From assembly GCA_035545175.1 (NCBI GenBank), contig DASZYY010000258.1, positions 1-43,310 of the forward strand: a DNA stretch of 43,310 nt, in the 5' to 3' direction. Made by a program: the position numbers and the translations under genes. The stretch comes from Mycobacteriales bacterium (GTDB taxonomy: Bacteria; Actinomycetota; Actinomycetes; JAFAQI01). Shown here piece after piece: positions 16,457 through 25,280 of the stretch. Numbering within the stretch: position 1 is the first letter of the stretch; every line of letters starts with the position of its first letter. The notes under the pieces were generated by a model that ran no database searches, had not been told where the DNA came from, and saw only the letters and a program-made list of their open reading frames with translations.

Positions 16457-18703
16457 TCAGCCGAAGCGGTGCCAGGTCAGCGAGTGCCGGCTCCCGACGC
16501 TCGGCCGGCTGTAGTCGCACACCCCATCGGGGAAGATCGCTGCCAGCTGCTTCCACTGCGACGTCGAGAAGGTGACGTCGTAGTCAGGCCGGGTCGGGGT
16601 CACCAGCCGGCACTTCATGACGTTGTCGACGAGCGGGCCGCCGGCCGCGATGCGCGGGTCGGTGCCGTGTGTGAACAGCGAATGACACTGCTTCGAGGTC
16701 GCGACTTCCAGGCCGGAGGACCAGCACGCGTCCGTGAGGCCGGCCGGTTTGTCGGCTTTGACCTGGGCCCGCAGGCTGTGACCGGAGCGATCCGCCTCGA
16801 TGTTCGACAACCATGCGTCGAGGTCGTTGAACGCGTTTGCGGTGACGGTTGGGTCCTGTGCGTCCTCGGCGAGCTCGAACCACAGCAGCTGGTTCGCGTG
16901 ACCGCCCGTCGACCGGTCGAGCCGGGCGCGCATGACGTAGCTGTCGATGTCGAGGTGGATCTCCTCGTTGTCATGACCGCGAAGGTCGATCGTCGGCACG
17001 CCGCTTTGCGCATGTGGATCGAGGATCTGGCCGGTGCGGTATCCGACGGACAGGGCGTGCGGGTCGGCGACGCTCCGGGCCGACGTGTGGTTCCAGTCGA
17101 TGTCGAGTCCGCCGACCTCGCGGTTGAGGATGAGGAAGTCCGAAATGGTGATCTGGTGGGCGTTGAGGGCTGCCAGCCCGTACTGGACGCCCACGTTGTC
17201 GAACGGGCGGTTGGCGAACCCGACACCGGCCTGGCGCTCCGGCTTCGACCAGCGTGAGGCGGGCCGGCGTCCCCAGATTGCGACCTGGTAGTCCTGCAGC
17301 GTGCACCGCACGCCGCCCGGCTTGCCGGTCGCGTCGTACACCCACGACGGGCTCGGCTGGCTCGTACACGAGGCCGCCCTGCTCGGGTCGAGCAAGGACT
17401 GCGCGTAGTCCGGGATCTTCGTGGTGACGCTGCCTTGCGCTCCGTCGAAGAAGCCGCGACAAGTCGTCGGTTCGAGGAAGCCGGTGACGTCATCCTGCTT
17501 GGCGGTCGACCACTCCGTCGGATGCTTGTCGAACACGCCGTCGAGCAGGTGGCAGTCCTCGGCTTGCTGCACGACCTGCCAGATGTCGGGAAAGCTGCAC
17601 ATCAGCAGCATTCCGTCGACCAGGCCGGGATAGTTGGCGGTCATCGCGTTGAGGACGATCGAGCCGCCGGAGCAGCCCTCGCCGACCGTGTAGCGGATCA
17701 GGCCGTACTCGACGGCGAGCCGCGACTTGATCATCGCGAACGCCTCCGCCGCGACGACCGGGTTGCAGTCGTTGCCCAGTACGTCGAGCGCGCCGGTGAC
17801 CACTGCGTACCCGCGGCCGAGTGCGTGGGCGTCGAAGACTGGAAGGCCTTTGGCCTGGTCATGCCAGGGTCGGCAGTCGCCGCCGATCTCGACGTCGACC
17901 TTGTGGTCCCAGGCGGGCGGTGGCGACCACGGTCTGTAGGACTTGCCTGGGGTCGCAAGAACCGCGATCTGATACGTGTCGCGGTCGATGATGCCCGTCT
18001 CGACTCGCACGATGAACGGCACCGTGACGCCTTCATCTGTGGTCGTGTGAGCGACCGATCCCTGAGACGGCGGATCTTGCGGGTCGTACGCCATGAACTG
18101 GTTGGAGGTCGGAGGCGCACCCACGCTGGGATGGTTCCCGACGCCTGCCGAGCCTGACGGCAGGTAGTAGTACGCGTAGTGCGTCGGCACGAGACAGGCA
18201 GCGCGGTTCGCGCTGGACGGCTTGTCGTTGCAGAACCACGGCAGCACGTGGGGCCCAGCGAACATCGGACCCCGGTCGTCGTAGTCCGTCACTCGCAGAG
18301 ACGTGCTGCGGCCGCTCGGCAGCACAGCGCGGAGCACGTGCTTTCCCGGCGTGAGGCGCACCAGACCGACCAGCGTCGCGGCCGAAGAAGACAACCCGAC
18401 GTGGTGCGGCTGCGGCACGCCACGTAGCAGGCCGGGCAGGCGATCAGCTGCGACGGAGGGCGTGATGTCGTGCCCGTCCCGGGTGAGCTGGACGGTCGCA
18501 AGGGCGGCCCGGTCCGGAACCACGACAGCGATCAGCGTCTTCGGCCCGGAGCTCCAGGCCGGCCGGCTGGAGAGCAAGACGATGCGAAGCGGACCCGACC
18601 CGGTCGAGGCGTGCGACGCGACAGCCGGCGCGACGGCGGTCGCGACGCAGCCGGCCAGCATCGCGACCCACGTGCTGCCTCGTCGCGTCAGCCGTCCGCG
18701 CAT
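16457..18703 (-). CDS. Secreted tannase/feruloyl-esterase-like alpha/beta hydrolase (DUF6351-like)
   Basis: The signal peptide is WVAMLAGCVATAVAPAVASHA. A G-C-S-G-G nucleophile-elbow motif is encoded at 17663-17677, matching the GCSxGG signature of the tannase/feruloyl esterase family. The protein is 748 aa. Its start overlaps the GH3 stop by 16 nt. Confidence 0.6.
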   Translation of the reverse strand: MRGRLTRRGSTWVAMLAGCVATAVAPAVASHASTGSGPLRIVLLSSRPAWSSGPKTLIAVVVPDRAALATVQLTRDGHDITPSVAADRLPGLLRGVPQPHHVGLSSSAATLVGLVRLTPGKHVLRAVLPSGRSTSLRVTDYDDRGPMFAGPHVLPWFCNDKPSSANRAACLVPTHYAYYYLPSGSAGVGNHPSVGAPPTSNQFMAYDPQDPPSQGSVAHTTTDEGVTVPFIVRVETGIIDRDTYQIAVLATPGKSYRPWSPPPAWDHKVDVEIGGDCRPWHDQAKGLPVFDAHALGRGYAVVTGALDVLGNDCNPVVAAEAFAMIKSRLAVEYGLIRYTVGEGCSGGSIVLNAMTANYPGLVDGMLLMCSFPDIWQVVQQAEDCHLLDGVFDKHPTEWSTAKQDDVTGFLEPTTCRGFFDGAQGSVTTKIPDYAQSLLDPSRAASCTSQPSPSWVYDATGKPGGVRCTLQDYQVAIWGRRPASRWSKPERQAGVGFANRPFDNVGVQYGLAALNAHQITISDFLILNREVGGLDIDWNHTSARSVADPHALSVGYRTGQILDPHAQSGVPTIDLRGHDNEEIHLDIDSYVMRARLDRSTGGHANQLLWFELAEDAQDPTVTANAFNDLDAWLSNIEADRSGHSLRAQVKADKPAGLTDACWSSGLEVATSKQCHSLFTHGTDPRIAAGGPLVDNVMKCRLVTPTRPDYDVTFSTSQWKQLAAIFPDGVCDYSRPSVGSRHSLTWHRFG

Positions 18704-20892
18704 AGGCCGACTCCGAAGACTGGGTTACGGGATGACGTAGCGATTGTCGTGGTCTGGCAGCCGAGCGGCACCATCCGGAAGCGGTGGGTGCGGACGTCCC
18801 AGTACTCAAACGCGTGCTTATCCAGCCGTATCGTCACGCGGCGCGCCTGCCCCGCAGCGAGGTGGATCTTCGCGAACCCGGCGAACTGCTGTGGCGGCTC
18901 GGGCCGGTGCGGCCCGGACTCCACCCCGACGTAGACCTGTGGGACCGCCCAGCCCGCGCGGTGCCCGGTGTTCCGCACCGTGACCCGCACGCCGAACCTG
19001 CCGTGCGGCGAGAAGTGGGAGTACCGAAACGTCGTGTACGACAGCCCGAAGCCGAAGGGGTACGCCGGCTTCAGGTGGTGGTCGTCGTACCAGCGGTAGC
19101 CCACCATCACCCCTTCGCTGTAGTGCGCCGCGAGGTGTGCCGGCTGCTTGGCGGAAACGGTTCCCGGATATTGCGCCTTGCTCCCTGCGGTCGGAAGCTG
19201 GCTCGCGCTGCGCGGGAAGGTCGCGGGAAGCCGCCCGCCCGGATCGGCGTCGCCGTAGAGGAGGCGCGCGATCGCGGTGCCGCCGTCCTCGCCGGGGTAC
19301 CAGGCCTCCAGGATCGCCGCGACATCGTTGCGCCACGGCGTCAGCACCGGTGCGCCGGTCTCGAGGACCACTACCGTGCGCTGGTTCGCCGCCGCGATCT
19401 GCTTGATGAGCGAGTCCTGGTTGCCGAACGCTGCCTGCGATGCGGCTGGGTGTGGCGGAGTCGCCTGACCGCCGGTGCAGACCGCGCGCAGCGACAGGCA
19501 GGTCTTGTCGTCACCCTCTGACTCGCTGTCCGCGGCGACCACGATGACGACATTCGACCTGCGGGCGAGCGCGATCGCCGCGGCCCGGTCGCGCCCGCTC
19601 GCGTAGGTGACGGTGTCGCCGGCTCGTGCCGCCCGGTGCTGCAGGCCTTGCAGGGCCGTCGTCGTGAACCACGGCAGCACCTGTGAGGAGCCGGCGCCGA
19701 GGATGTACTTGTCGGCCGCGGGCCCGATCACCGCGATCTTCCTGTCGAGCTTCGGCCGCAACGGCAGCACGCCGAGGTTGCGCAGCAGGACGGCGCCGCG
19801 CTCCTCGGCGTCATCGGCTACGGCGGCGTCGCCCTTCACGTCGTCGAGGTTGATGTTCTTCGGCCAGGTGGGGTGGTCGAAGAAGCCGTAGATGAACAGC
19901 GCGCGAAGCGTCTCGAACACTCGAGCGTTCAAGGTCTTCTCGCTGATCAGGCCGGCAGCGAGCTCGGCGTCGACCTCCGGCGCGGTGTAGCAGGTGCCGA
20001 GGATGTCGAAGTTCATCCCGGCGGCGAGGTCCTCGTTCGGCTCGTGACAGGCGCCGGCGTCGGAGAGCACGAAGCCCTTGAAGCCCCACTGCTTGCGCAG
20101 GACCGAGGTGAGCAGCAGCTTGTTCGCGCAGGCGTACTTGCCGTTTACCTCGTTGTACGAGCACATGACGGTCGCCGCGTGACCCTCCCGCACGGCCGCC
20201 TCGAAGGGGCGCAGGTAGATCTCGTGCATGGTGCGTTCGCCGGCCACCGAGTTGACGACGAACCTGCCCCCGACGGCACCCATCGCGGGCGACACGCCGA
20301 ACCGGCCTTCCTGCTCGTTGAGCGCGAAGTGCTTCGGGTCGGCCATCACCCCCACCGACTGCAAGCCCTTGACCCACCCGACCGCCATCTGGCCGGCGAG
20401 GTACGGATCCTCGCCGTACGCCTCGAACGTTCTGCCGCCGAGCGGGGTTCGCATGATGTTGACGGTTGGTCCGTAGTCGGCGTCGAAGCCGCGGTGCTTG
20501 ACCCCGAGACCGACCGTCTTGCCGTACCTGAACGCCATCTTGCGGTCGAACCCCGCGGCGAGGGCGATGGCGGCGGGCATCGCCGACGCCTTGTCGCCGC
20601 CGGAGCCGACCCCGCCCGGCCCGACCGCACCGTCCGTGGCCTGCAAGGCAGGTACGCCGACGTCGCTCGCCGCTGCGCCGGTGAGCATGCCGACCTTGTC
20701 CGACTGCGACATCGCCGCCAGGAGCAGATGCGCCCGCTTCGCCGGCGGCAAGGACGTGTTGCACCACGGATGCGACCCGCATCGCGTCGCCGGGAGCGGC
20801 GCAGCAGCGGGCGAGCCGAAGGCGAGTCCGCTGCCAGCCAGAAGCGCAGCAACGACGGAGGTCGTCGCCAGCAGTCGAGTCCGCATGATCAC
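18688..20892 (-). CDS. Glycoside hydrolase family 3 beta-glucosidase (BglX-like), secreted
   Basis: GH3 N-terminal and C-terminal domains are present (GFKGFVLSDAG nucleophile-Asp region, YPG.DGG.A.A..L.G...P.G.LP.TFP). A C-terminal Fn3-like domain is also present (VTVRNTG.RAG..V.Q.Y). The signal peptide is MRTRLLATTSVVAALLAGSGLAFG. The start is GTG at 20892 or ATG at 20886. Confidence 0.9.
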   Translation of the reverse strand: MIMRTRLLATTSVVAALLAGSGLAFGSPAAAPLPATRCGSHPWCNTSLPPAKRAHLLLAAMSQSDKVGMLTGAAASDVGVPALQATDGAVGPGGVGSGGDKASAMPAAIALAAGFDRKMAFRYGKTVGLGVKHRGFDADYGPTVNIMRTPLGGRTFEAYGEDPYLAGQMAVGWVKGLQSVGVMADPKHFALNEQEGRFGVSPAMGAVGGRFVVNSVAGERTMHEIYLRPFEAAVREGHAATVMCSYNEVNGKYACANKLLLTSVLRKQWGFKGFVLSDAGACHEPNEDLAAGMNFDILGTCYTAPEVDAELAAGLISEKTLNARVFETLRALFIYGFFDHPTWPKNINLDDVKGDAAVADDAEERGAVLLRNLGVLPLRPKLDRKIAVIGPAADKYILGAGSSQVLPWFTTTALQGLQHRAARAGDTVTYASGRDRAAAIALARRSNVVIVVAADSESEGDDKTCLSLRAVCTGGQATPPHPAASQAAFGNQDSLIKQIAAANQRTVVVLETGAPVLTPWRNDVAAILEAWYPGEDGGTAIARLLYGDADPGGRLPATFPRSASQLPTAGSKAQYPGTVSAKQPAHLAAHYSEGVMVGYRWYDDHHLKPAYPFGFGLSYTTFRYSHFSPHGRFGVRVTVRNTGHRAGWAVPQVYVGVESGPHRPEPPQQFAGFAKIHLAAGQARRVTIRLDKHAFEYWDVRTHRFRMVPLGCQTTTIATSSRNPVFGVGLCADG

Positions 20893-20918
20893 GGATTCGC
20901 CACCGCGGCCTGACCTCC

Positions 20919-20933
20919 TAGGCCTTTTAGGCC
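20919..20933. repeat. TAGGCC-N3-TAGGCC direct repeat, also a GGCCT-TTT-AGGCC mini-hairpin, in the GH3/SRPBCC divergent spacer
   Basis: Read directly as taggccttttaggcc, ending 4 nt upstream of the SRPBCC ATG (20937), within a 44-nt divergent intergenic region. Confidence 0.2.
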
Positions 20934-20936
20934 AAG

Positions 20937-21410
20937 ATGTCCGCCATGGCAGACAACCAGGTCGAGGTCTCGACCGAGATAGCCGCTGACGCCGGCCGGC
21001 TCTACGACATGGTCTCCGACCTCGCGAACATGGGGCAGTGGAGTCCGGAGGCGCAGGGCGGACGCTGGATCACCGGGGGCGGGCCCTCGTTGGGTGCCCG
21101 GTTCCTGGGCCGCAACCGGAGCGGGTGGCGGCGGTGGGCGACGGTCGCGAAGGTGACGGCAGCCGACCGTGGTGAGCGCTTCGCCTTCAGCGTCTCGGCC
21201 GCCGGGCTCAAGGTCGCGGACTGGGCGTACGACTTCGCGCCGGCCGGCGACAAGACCAAGGTGACCGAGACCTGGGTCGACCGCCGATCCGGGTTCATGC
21301 ACAAGCTTTCCGACGCGCTCATCGGCGTACCGGAGCGCAGCGATCACAATCGCCGGAACATGGCGGCCACGCTCGAGGCGCTCAAGCGCAGCGCTGAGGC
21401 CGGCAAGTAG
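20937..21410 (+). CDS. SRPBCC (START/polyketide-cyclase-like) ligand-binding protein
   Basis: 157 aa with V..S..I.A....L...V.D...M..WSPE followed by W.Y.F.P.G..T.VTE.W, the typical SRPBCC fold signature. It ends 27 nt upstream of the mce operon. Confidence 0.8.
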   Translation: MSAMADNQVEVSTEIAADAGRLYDMVSDLANMGQWSPEAQGGRWITGGGPSLGARFLGRNRSGWRRWATVAKVTAADRGERFAFSVSAAGLKVADWAYDFAPAGDKTKVTETWVDRRSGFMHKLSDALIGVPERSDHNRRNMAATLEALKRSAEAGK

Positions 21411-21437
21411 CCAACCCCGCGTTGACCCAGGTCTGAG

Positions 21438-22253
21438 TTGTCCCAGCGCCGGTACGGGGGCACGACGCTGCTGGCGTCGGCCGGTTCCGGCCTGAGCGCC
21501 GCCGGTGACCTCTATGCGCTCGCGGGCGACACCCTGCTCGCCGGCGTGCAGGGCGTCGTGCGTCGCAGCTTCCCGTGGCGGGAGGCGGTCAGCCAGGCCT
21601 GGTTCATCGCCAGCGTCTGCGTGCTGCCCGCGATCCTCGTCGCGATCCCGTTCGGGGTGCTCGTGGCGGTCGAGGTGGGCTCGGTCGCGCACCAGATCGG
21701 CGCGGACTCCTACACCGGCGCGGTTGACGCGCTGACGATCGTGCGCGAGGCGGCGCCGCTGGTCACCGCCTTGATGATCGCGGGCGTGGGCGGCTCGGCC
21801 ATCTGCGCGGACCTCGGCGCCCGCAAGATCCGCGACGAGATCGACGCGCTCGAGGTGATGGGCATCTCGCCGATCGAGCGGCTGGTCGCTCCCCGGCTTG
21901 CCGCCGCCGTGCTCGTCACGGTTCTGCTCAACGGCATCGTGCTGTTCGTCGGGGTCACGGGCGGGTTCCTCTACGAGGTGTGGGTCGGGCACGGCACGCC
22001 CGGAAGCTTCCTGCGCACCTTCACCGAGTTCACGCAGTTCAGCGACCTCGTGGTCGGTGAGATCAAGGCGGCGGTCTTCGGCGTGATCGCGGCAGTGGTC
22101 GCCGGCTACAAGGGCTTGTCGGTGAAGGGCGGGCCGAAGGGGGTCGGTGATGCGGTCAACCAGTCCGTCGTCATCAGCTTCCTGCTCGTCTTCGTCGCCA
22201 ACACCGTGATCTCGCAGATCTACCTCATCCTCGTCCCGCCCCACGGGCCATGA
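21438..22253 (+). CDS. yrbEA: Mce-system ABC permease, MlaE family (YrbEA)
   Basis: Multi-TM MlaE-type sequence (REAAPLVTALMIAGVGGSAICADLGARKIRDEIDALEVMGISPIERLV.PR). It is the first of two paralogous permeases ahead of six mce genes. The TTG start is tentative. Confidence 0.9.
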   Translation: MSQRRYGGTTLLASAGSGLSAAGDLYALAGDTLLAGVQGVVRRSFPWREAVSQAWFIASVCVLPAILVAIPFGVLVAVEVGSVAHQIGADSYTGAVDALTIVREAAPLVTALMIAGVGGSAICADLGARKIRDEIDALEVMGISPIERLVAPRLAAAVLVTVLLNGIVLFVGVTGGFLYEVWVGHGTPGSFLRTFTEFTQFSDLVVGEIKAAVFGVIAAVVAGYKGLSVKGGPKGVGDAVNQSVVISFLLVFVANTVISQIYLILVPPHGP

Positions 22254-23125
22254 CCACGCCAGCCGACTCCCGGGCGCCGCTCGCGCCGCCGAAGGCGGCG
22301 CGAAGCGCGATGCGCGGCGCCTCACGCGTCGTGGACGCCCTCGAGGACCTGGGAGCGCAGCTGCGCTTTCACGTACGCGCGCTGGTCTGGCTGCCGCGTG
22401 CCGGAGTGCGGTACTGGCGCGAGGTCGCGCGCCTCATCGCCGACATCAGCTTCGGTTCCGGCGCGCTTCTGGTCGGCGGCGGCACGGTCGCCGTCATCTT
22501 CGCGCTGTCGTTCTTCTCCGGCAGCGAGCTCGGCCTGCAAGGGTTCAAAGGACTGCAGATCATCGGGTTGGCGCCCCTGTCCGGTGTCATCTCCGCGTAC
22601 GCGAACACCCGGGAGATCGCACCGCTGGTTGCGGGTGTCGGCCTGGCGGCGCAGGTTGGCTGCGGCTTCACCGCGCAGCTCGGGGCGATGCGGATCTCGG
22701 AGGAGGTCGATGCGCTCGAGGTGATGGCGGTCCCCTCACTGCCCTACCTCGTGTCCACCCGCATCCTTGCGGCGTTCACGGCCGTCGTACCGCTCTACCT
22801 CGTCGGCCTCTTCGCGTCGTACTTCGCTACCGAGATAGAGGTGGTGTACCTCAACCACCAGTCGAAGGGCACCTACCTCTACTACTTCCACCGCTTCCTT
22901 CCGACCGAGGAGCTGCTGCTCTCACTCGTGAAGGCGGTTGTCTTCGCGGTGATCGTGACGATGGTCCACTGCTACTACGGCTACAACGCGTCGGGCGGTC
23001 CGGAAGGGGTCGGGCGGGCAGCGGGCCGTGCGCTGCGGACCAGCATCGTCGCGATCGTGATCGTCGACCTGATCCTGACGTTCGTGCTGTACGGCGCGAA
23101 CCCGTCGGTTCGGATCTCCGGATGA
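22250..23125 (+). CDS. yrbEB: Mce-system ABC permease, MlaE family (YrbEB)
   Basis: It has an ATGA overlap with yrbEA. MlaE motifs are present (REIAPLVAGVGLAAQVGCGFTAQLGAMRISEEVDALEVMAV.SL.YLV.TR). Confidence 0.9.
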   Translation: MTTPADSRAPLAPPKAARSAMRGASRVVDALEDLGAQLRFHVRALVWLPRAGVRYWREVARLIADISFGSGALLVGGGTVAVIFALSFFSGSELGLQGFKGLQIIGLAPLSGVISAYANTREIAPLVAGVGLAAQVGCGFTAQLGAMRISEEVDALEVMAVPSLPYLVSTRILAAFTAVVPLYLVGLFASYFATEIEVVYLNHQSKGTYLYYFHRFLPTEELLLSLVKAVVFAVIVTMVHCYYGYNASGGPEGVGRAAGRALRTSIVAIVIVDLILTFVLYGANPSVRISG

Positions 23126-24225
23126 GCCGCGCCCGCAACGCGATCGCCGGCCTGTTGTTCATCGCCGTGATGGGTGGGCTGTCCGTCACGGGCATCGCCT
23201 ACGGCTTCGGCGCCTTCTCGTCGTCCAAGTCGGTGACCGCGACGATCCCGAAAGCCGGGCCGGCGCTCGGTCCCGGCGCCGAGGTGGAGTACCGCGGCGT
23301 CCTCGTCGGCAGTCTCGGCAGCATCCATCGCACGCTGCACGATGCCGTTCTCACGCTGCAGATCCAGCCGTCGCAGGTCGAGCACATCCCGGACGGGGTG
23401 ACCGTACGGCTGGTGCCTCGCAGCGTCTTCGGGGACCTGTACGTCGACCTGGTGCCGCCGCCTCGCATCACCGGTCCGCTGCGGCTGCCGGCACATCTGG
23501 TCGCGGACACTTCGACGCCGACGGTCGAGCTCAACGAGGCGCTCGATGCCGGCTACCGGTTGCTCACCGCGGTCCGGCCCAGCCAGCTCAACGCCACCCT
23601 GACCGCGGTCGCGACGGCGCTCGACGGGCGCGGCGCGAAGATCGGGCGACTGATCGACCAGCTCGATGACCTGACCGCGCAAGGTGCGCCGCACACGCGG
23701 CAGTTCATCCACGACCTGACCGCGTTCGGGACCGTGACCCAGGAGCTCGCGCGCGATGCGCCAGACCTGCTGCGCACCCTCGACAACGCGATCGCGGCGT
23801 CGAAGGCCGTCACGCGCAGCCAGTCCGACATCTCGAAGGTCCTGGCTGCCGGTCCTCCGCTTGCGGCGAAGACGCAGCAGCTGCTGCAGCTCAACCAGGC
23901 GAAGCTCGACAGGCTGCTCCGCCTGCTGCGCCCGGTGGCGAAGGTCCTCCGCAGCCATCGCGCGAACCTCGTCGACGGCGTGCTGCAGCTGCGAGCCTTC
24001 CTGCTGGGCGCGGCACAAGCGCTGGGCCACGGGCCTTGGCTGCAGGTCACGGTGGAGCCCGACGTGTCGCCGCTGGACAGCCGCGGCTACACGGCAGCCG
24101 ACTGCCCGAGATACGCGGGCACCCCGGGCAAGAACTGCCCGAAAGCGCAGCTGGCGGGCGTGAGCTGGCAGAAGCTGCTGATCGACTCGGTGCTCGCCGG
24201 CATCTCCTTCCTGGTGGCGCCATGA
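23122..24225 (+). CDS. mceA: MCE-family substrate-binding protein MceA
   Basis: It has an ATGA overlap with yrbEB. An N-terminal TM helix is followed by an MlaD/MCE domain (GPGAEVEYRGVLVGSLGSI) and a long helical region. Confidence 0.9.
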   Translation: MSRARNAIAGLLFIAVMGGLSVTGIAYGFGAFSSSKSVTATIPKAGPALGPGAEVEYRGVLVGSLGSIHRTLHDAVLTLQIQPSQVEHIPDGVTVRLVPRSVFGDLYVDLVPPPRITGPLRLPAHLVADTSTPTVELNEALDAGYRLLTAVRPSQLNATLTAVATALDGRGAKIGRLIDQLDDLTAQGAPHTRQFIHDLTAFGTVTQELARDAPDLLRTLDNAIAASKAVTRSQSDISKVLAAGPPLAAKTQQLLQLNQAKLDRLLRLLRPVAKVLRSHRANLVDGVLQLRAFLLGAAQALGHGPWLQVTVEPDVSPLDSRGYTAADCPRYAGTPGKNCPKAQLAGVSWQKLLIDSVLAGISFLVAP

Positions 24226-25280
24226 GCATCCGGCCCGCGGCGATCAAGCTCGCGCTGTTCGTTGTCGTCTCGCTCGCGCTCACGCTGATCGTGAGCAACA
24301 CCGTGACGCGGCCGCTGAACCACTCGACGTACACCTACCGCGCGCTGTTCACCGACGCCTCGGGACTGCGCGCCGGCGACGAGGTCGACATCGCCGGGGT
24401 GCGCGTCGGCAAGGTGACGGGGGAGCGGCTGTCCGGTGACACGGTCTACGCCGACGGAAACCGCTATCCCGACGACGCCGTCGTGACCTTCGTCGTCGAC
24501 CGGTCGCAACGCTTCACGACGGGTGCACGCGCGGTGATCCGCTACGAGGACCTGCTCGGCGCCCGCTTCCTCGCTCTCGAGCAGCCGGAGCCGAGCGGTC
24601 CGACGATGCCACCGGACGGGACGTTCTATCCCGACCACACGGCACCTGCGCTGTCGCTGACCGCCCTCTTCGACGGCTTCAAGCCGCTGTTCGACGCGCT
24701 CACCCCCGCACAGGCGAACCAGCTTGCCGCCGATGTCGTCGCGACGTTCCAGGGCACGGGCGGCAGCATCACCGCGCTGTTCGACAACGTCGCGAAGCTG
24801 ACCGGGAACCTCAGCAGGCGTGACTCCCTCATCGCGCAGGTGATCGACAACCTCGATGTCGTGCTGCGCGACGTCGCCGACCACAACGGCGACCTCGCGT
24901 CGCTGATCGACCACCTTGCCGCGCTGACGCACGGGTTGTCCGCCGACCGGCACCGGATCGCAGGTGCGCTGACCGGGGTCGATGCGATCGCGGCGTCACT
25001 GTCGGAGCTGATCGGCAAGGGTGAGCCGGTGCTCCACCACGACATCGCCGATCTGTTCCTCGTTGCCGGCACGCTGGTTCACAACGCGGGCAAGCTCGCC
25101 GCCGCGGTGCGAGCGCTCCCCGGCGGAGCCGCCGCCTTCACCCGAAGCCTCGGATACGGCACCTGGCTGAACGGCTACGTCTGCGCCGACTCGATCGCGA
25201 CCGGCAAGCTCATCGTCCCGATCGTCATCAACGGCAAGACCTGGCATTCCGCGGTGTGTCGCGGGGAGGGCGGCCGATGA
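24222..25280 (+). CDS. mceB: MCE-family protein MceB
   Basis: ATG at 24222 overlaps the mceA stop (ATGA). The N-terminus is MSIRPAAIKLALFVVVSLALTLIV. The MCE domain reads Y.ALFTDASGLRAGDEVDIAGVRVGKV. Confidence 0.9.
   Translation: MSIRPAAIKLALFVVVSLALTLIVSNTVTRPLNHSTYTYRALFTDASGLRAGDEVDIAGVRVGKVTGERLSGDTVYADGNRYPDDAVVTFVVDRSQRFTTGARAVIRYEDLLGARFLALEQPEPSGPTMPPDGTFYPDHTAPALSLTALFDGFKPLFDALTPAQANQLAADVVATFQGTGGSITALFDNVAKLTGNLSRRDSLIAQVIDNLDVVLRDVADHNGDLASLIDHLAALTHGLSADRHRIAGALTGVDAIAASLSELIGKGEPVLHHDIADLFLVAGTLVHNAGKLAAAVRALPGGAAAFTRSLGYGTWLNGYVCADSIATGKLIVPIVINGKTWHSAVCRGEGGR

Noticed and set aside
20889-22325. A 478-aa minus-strand ORF spanning the SRPBCC and yrbEA genes
   Set aside because: It is antisense to two recognisable genes and dominated by Arg/Asp/Gly/His, so it is a shadow ORF.
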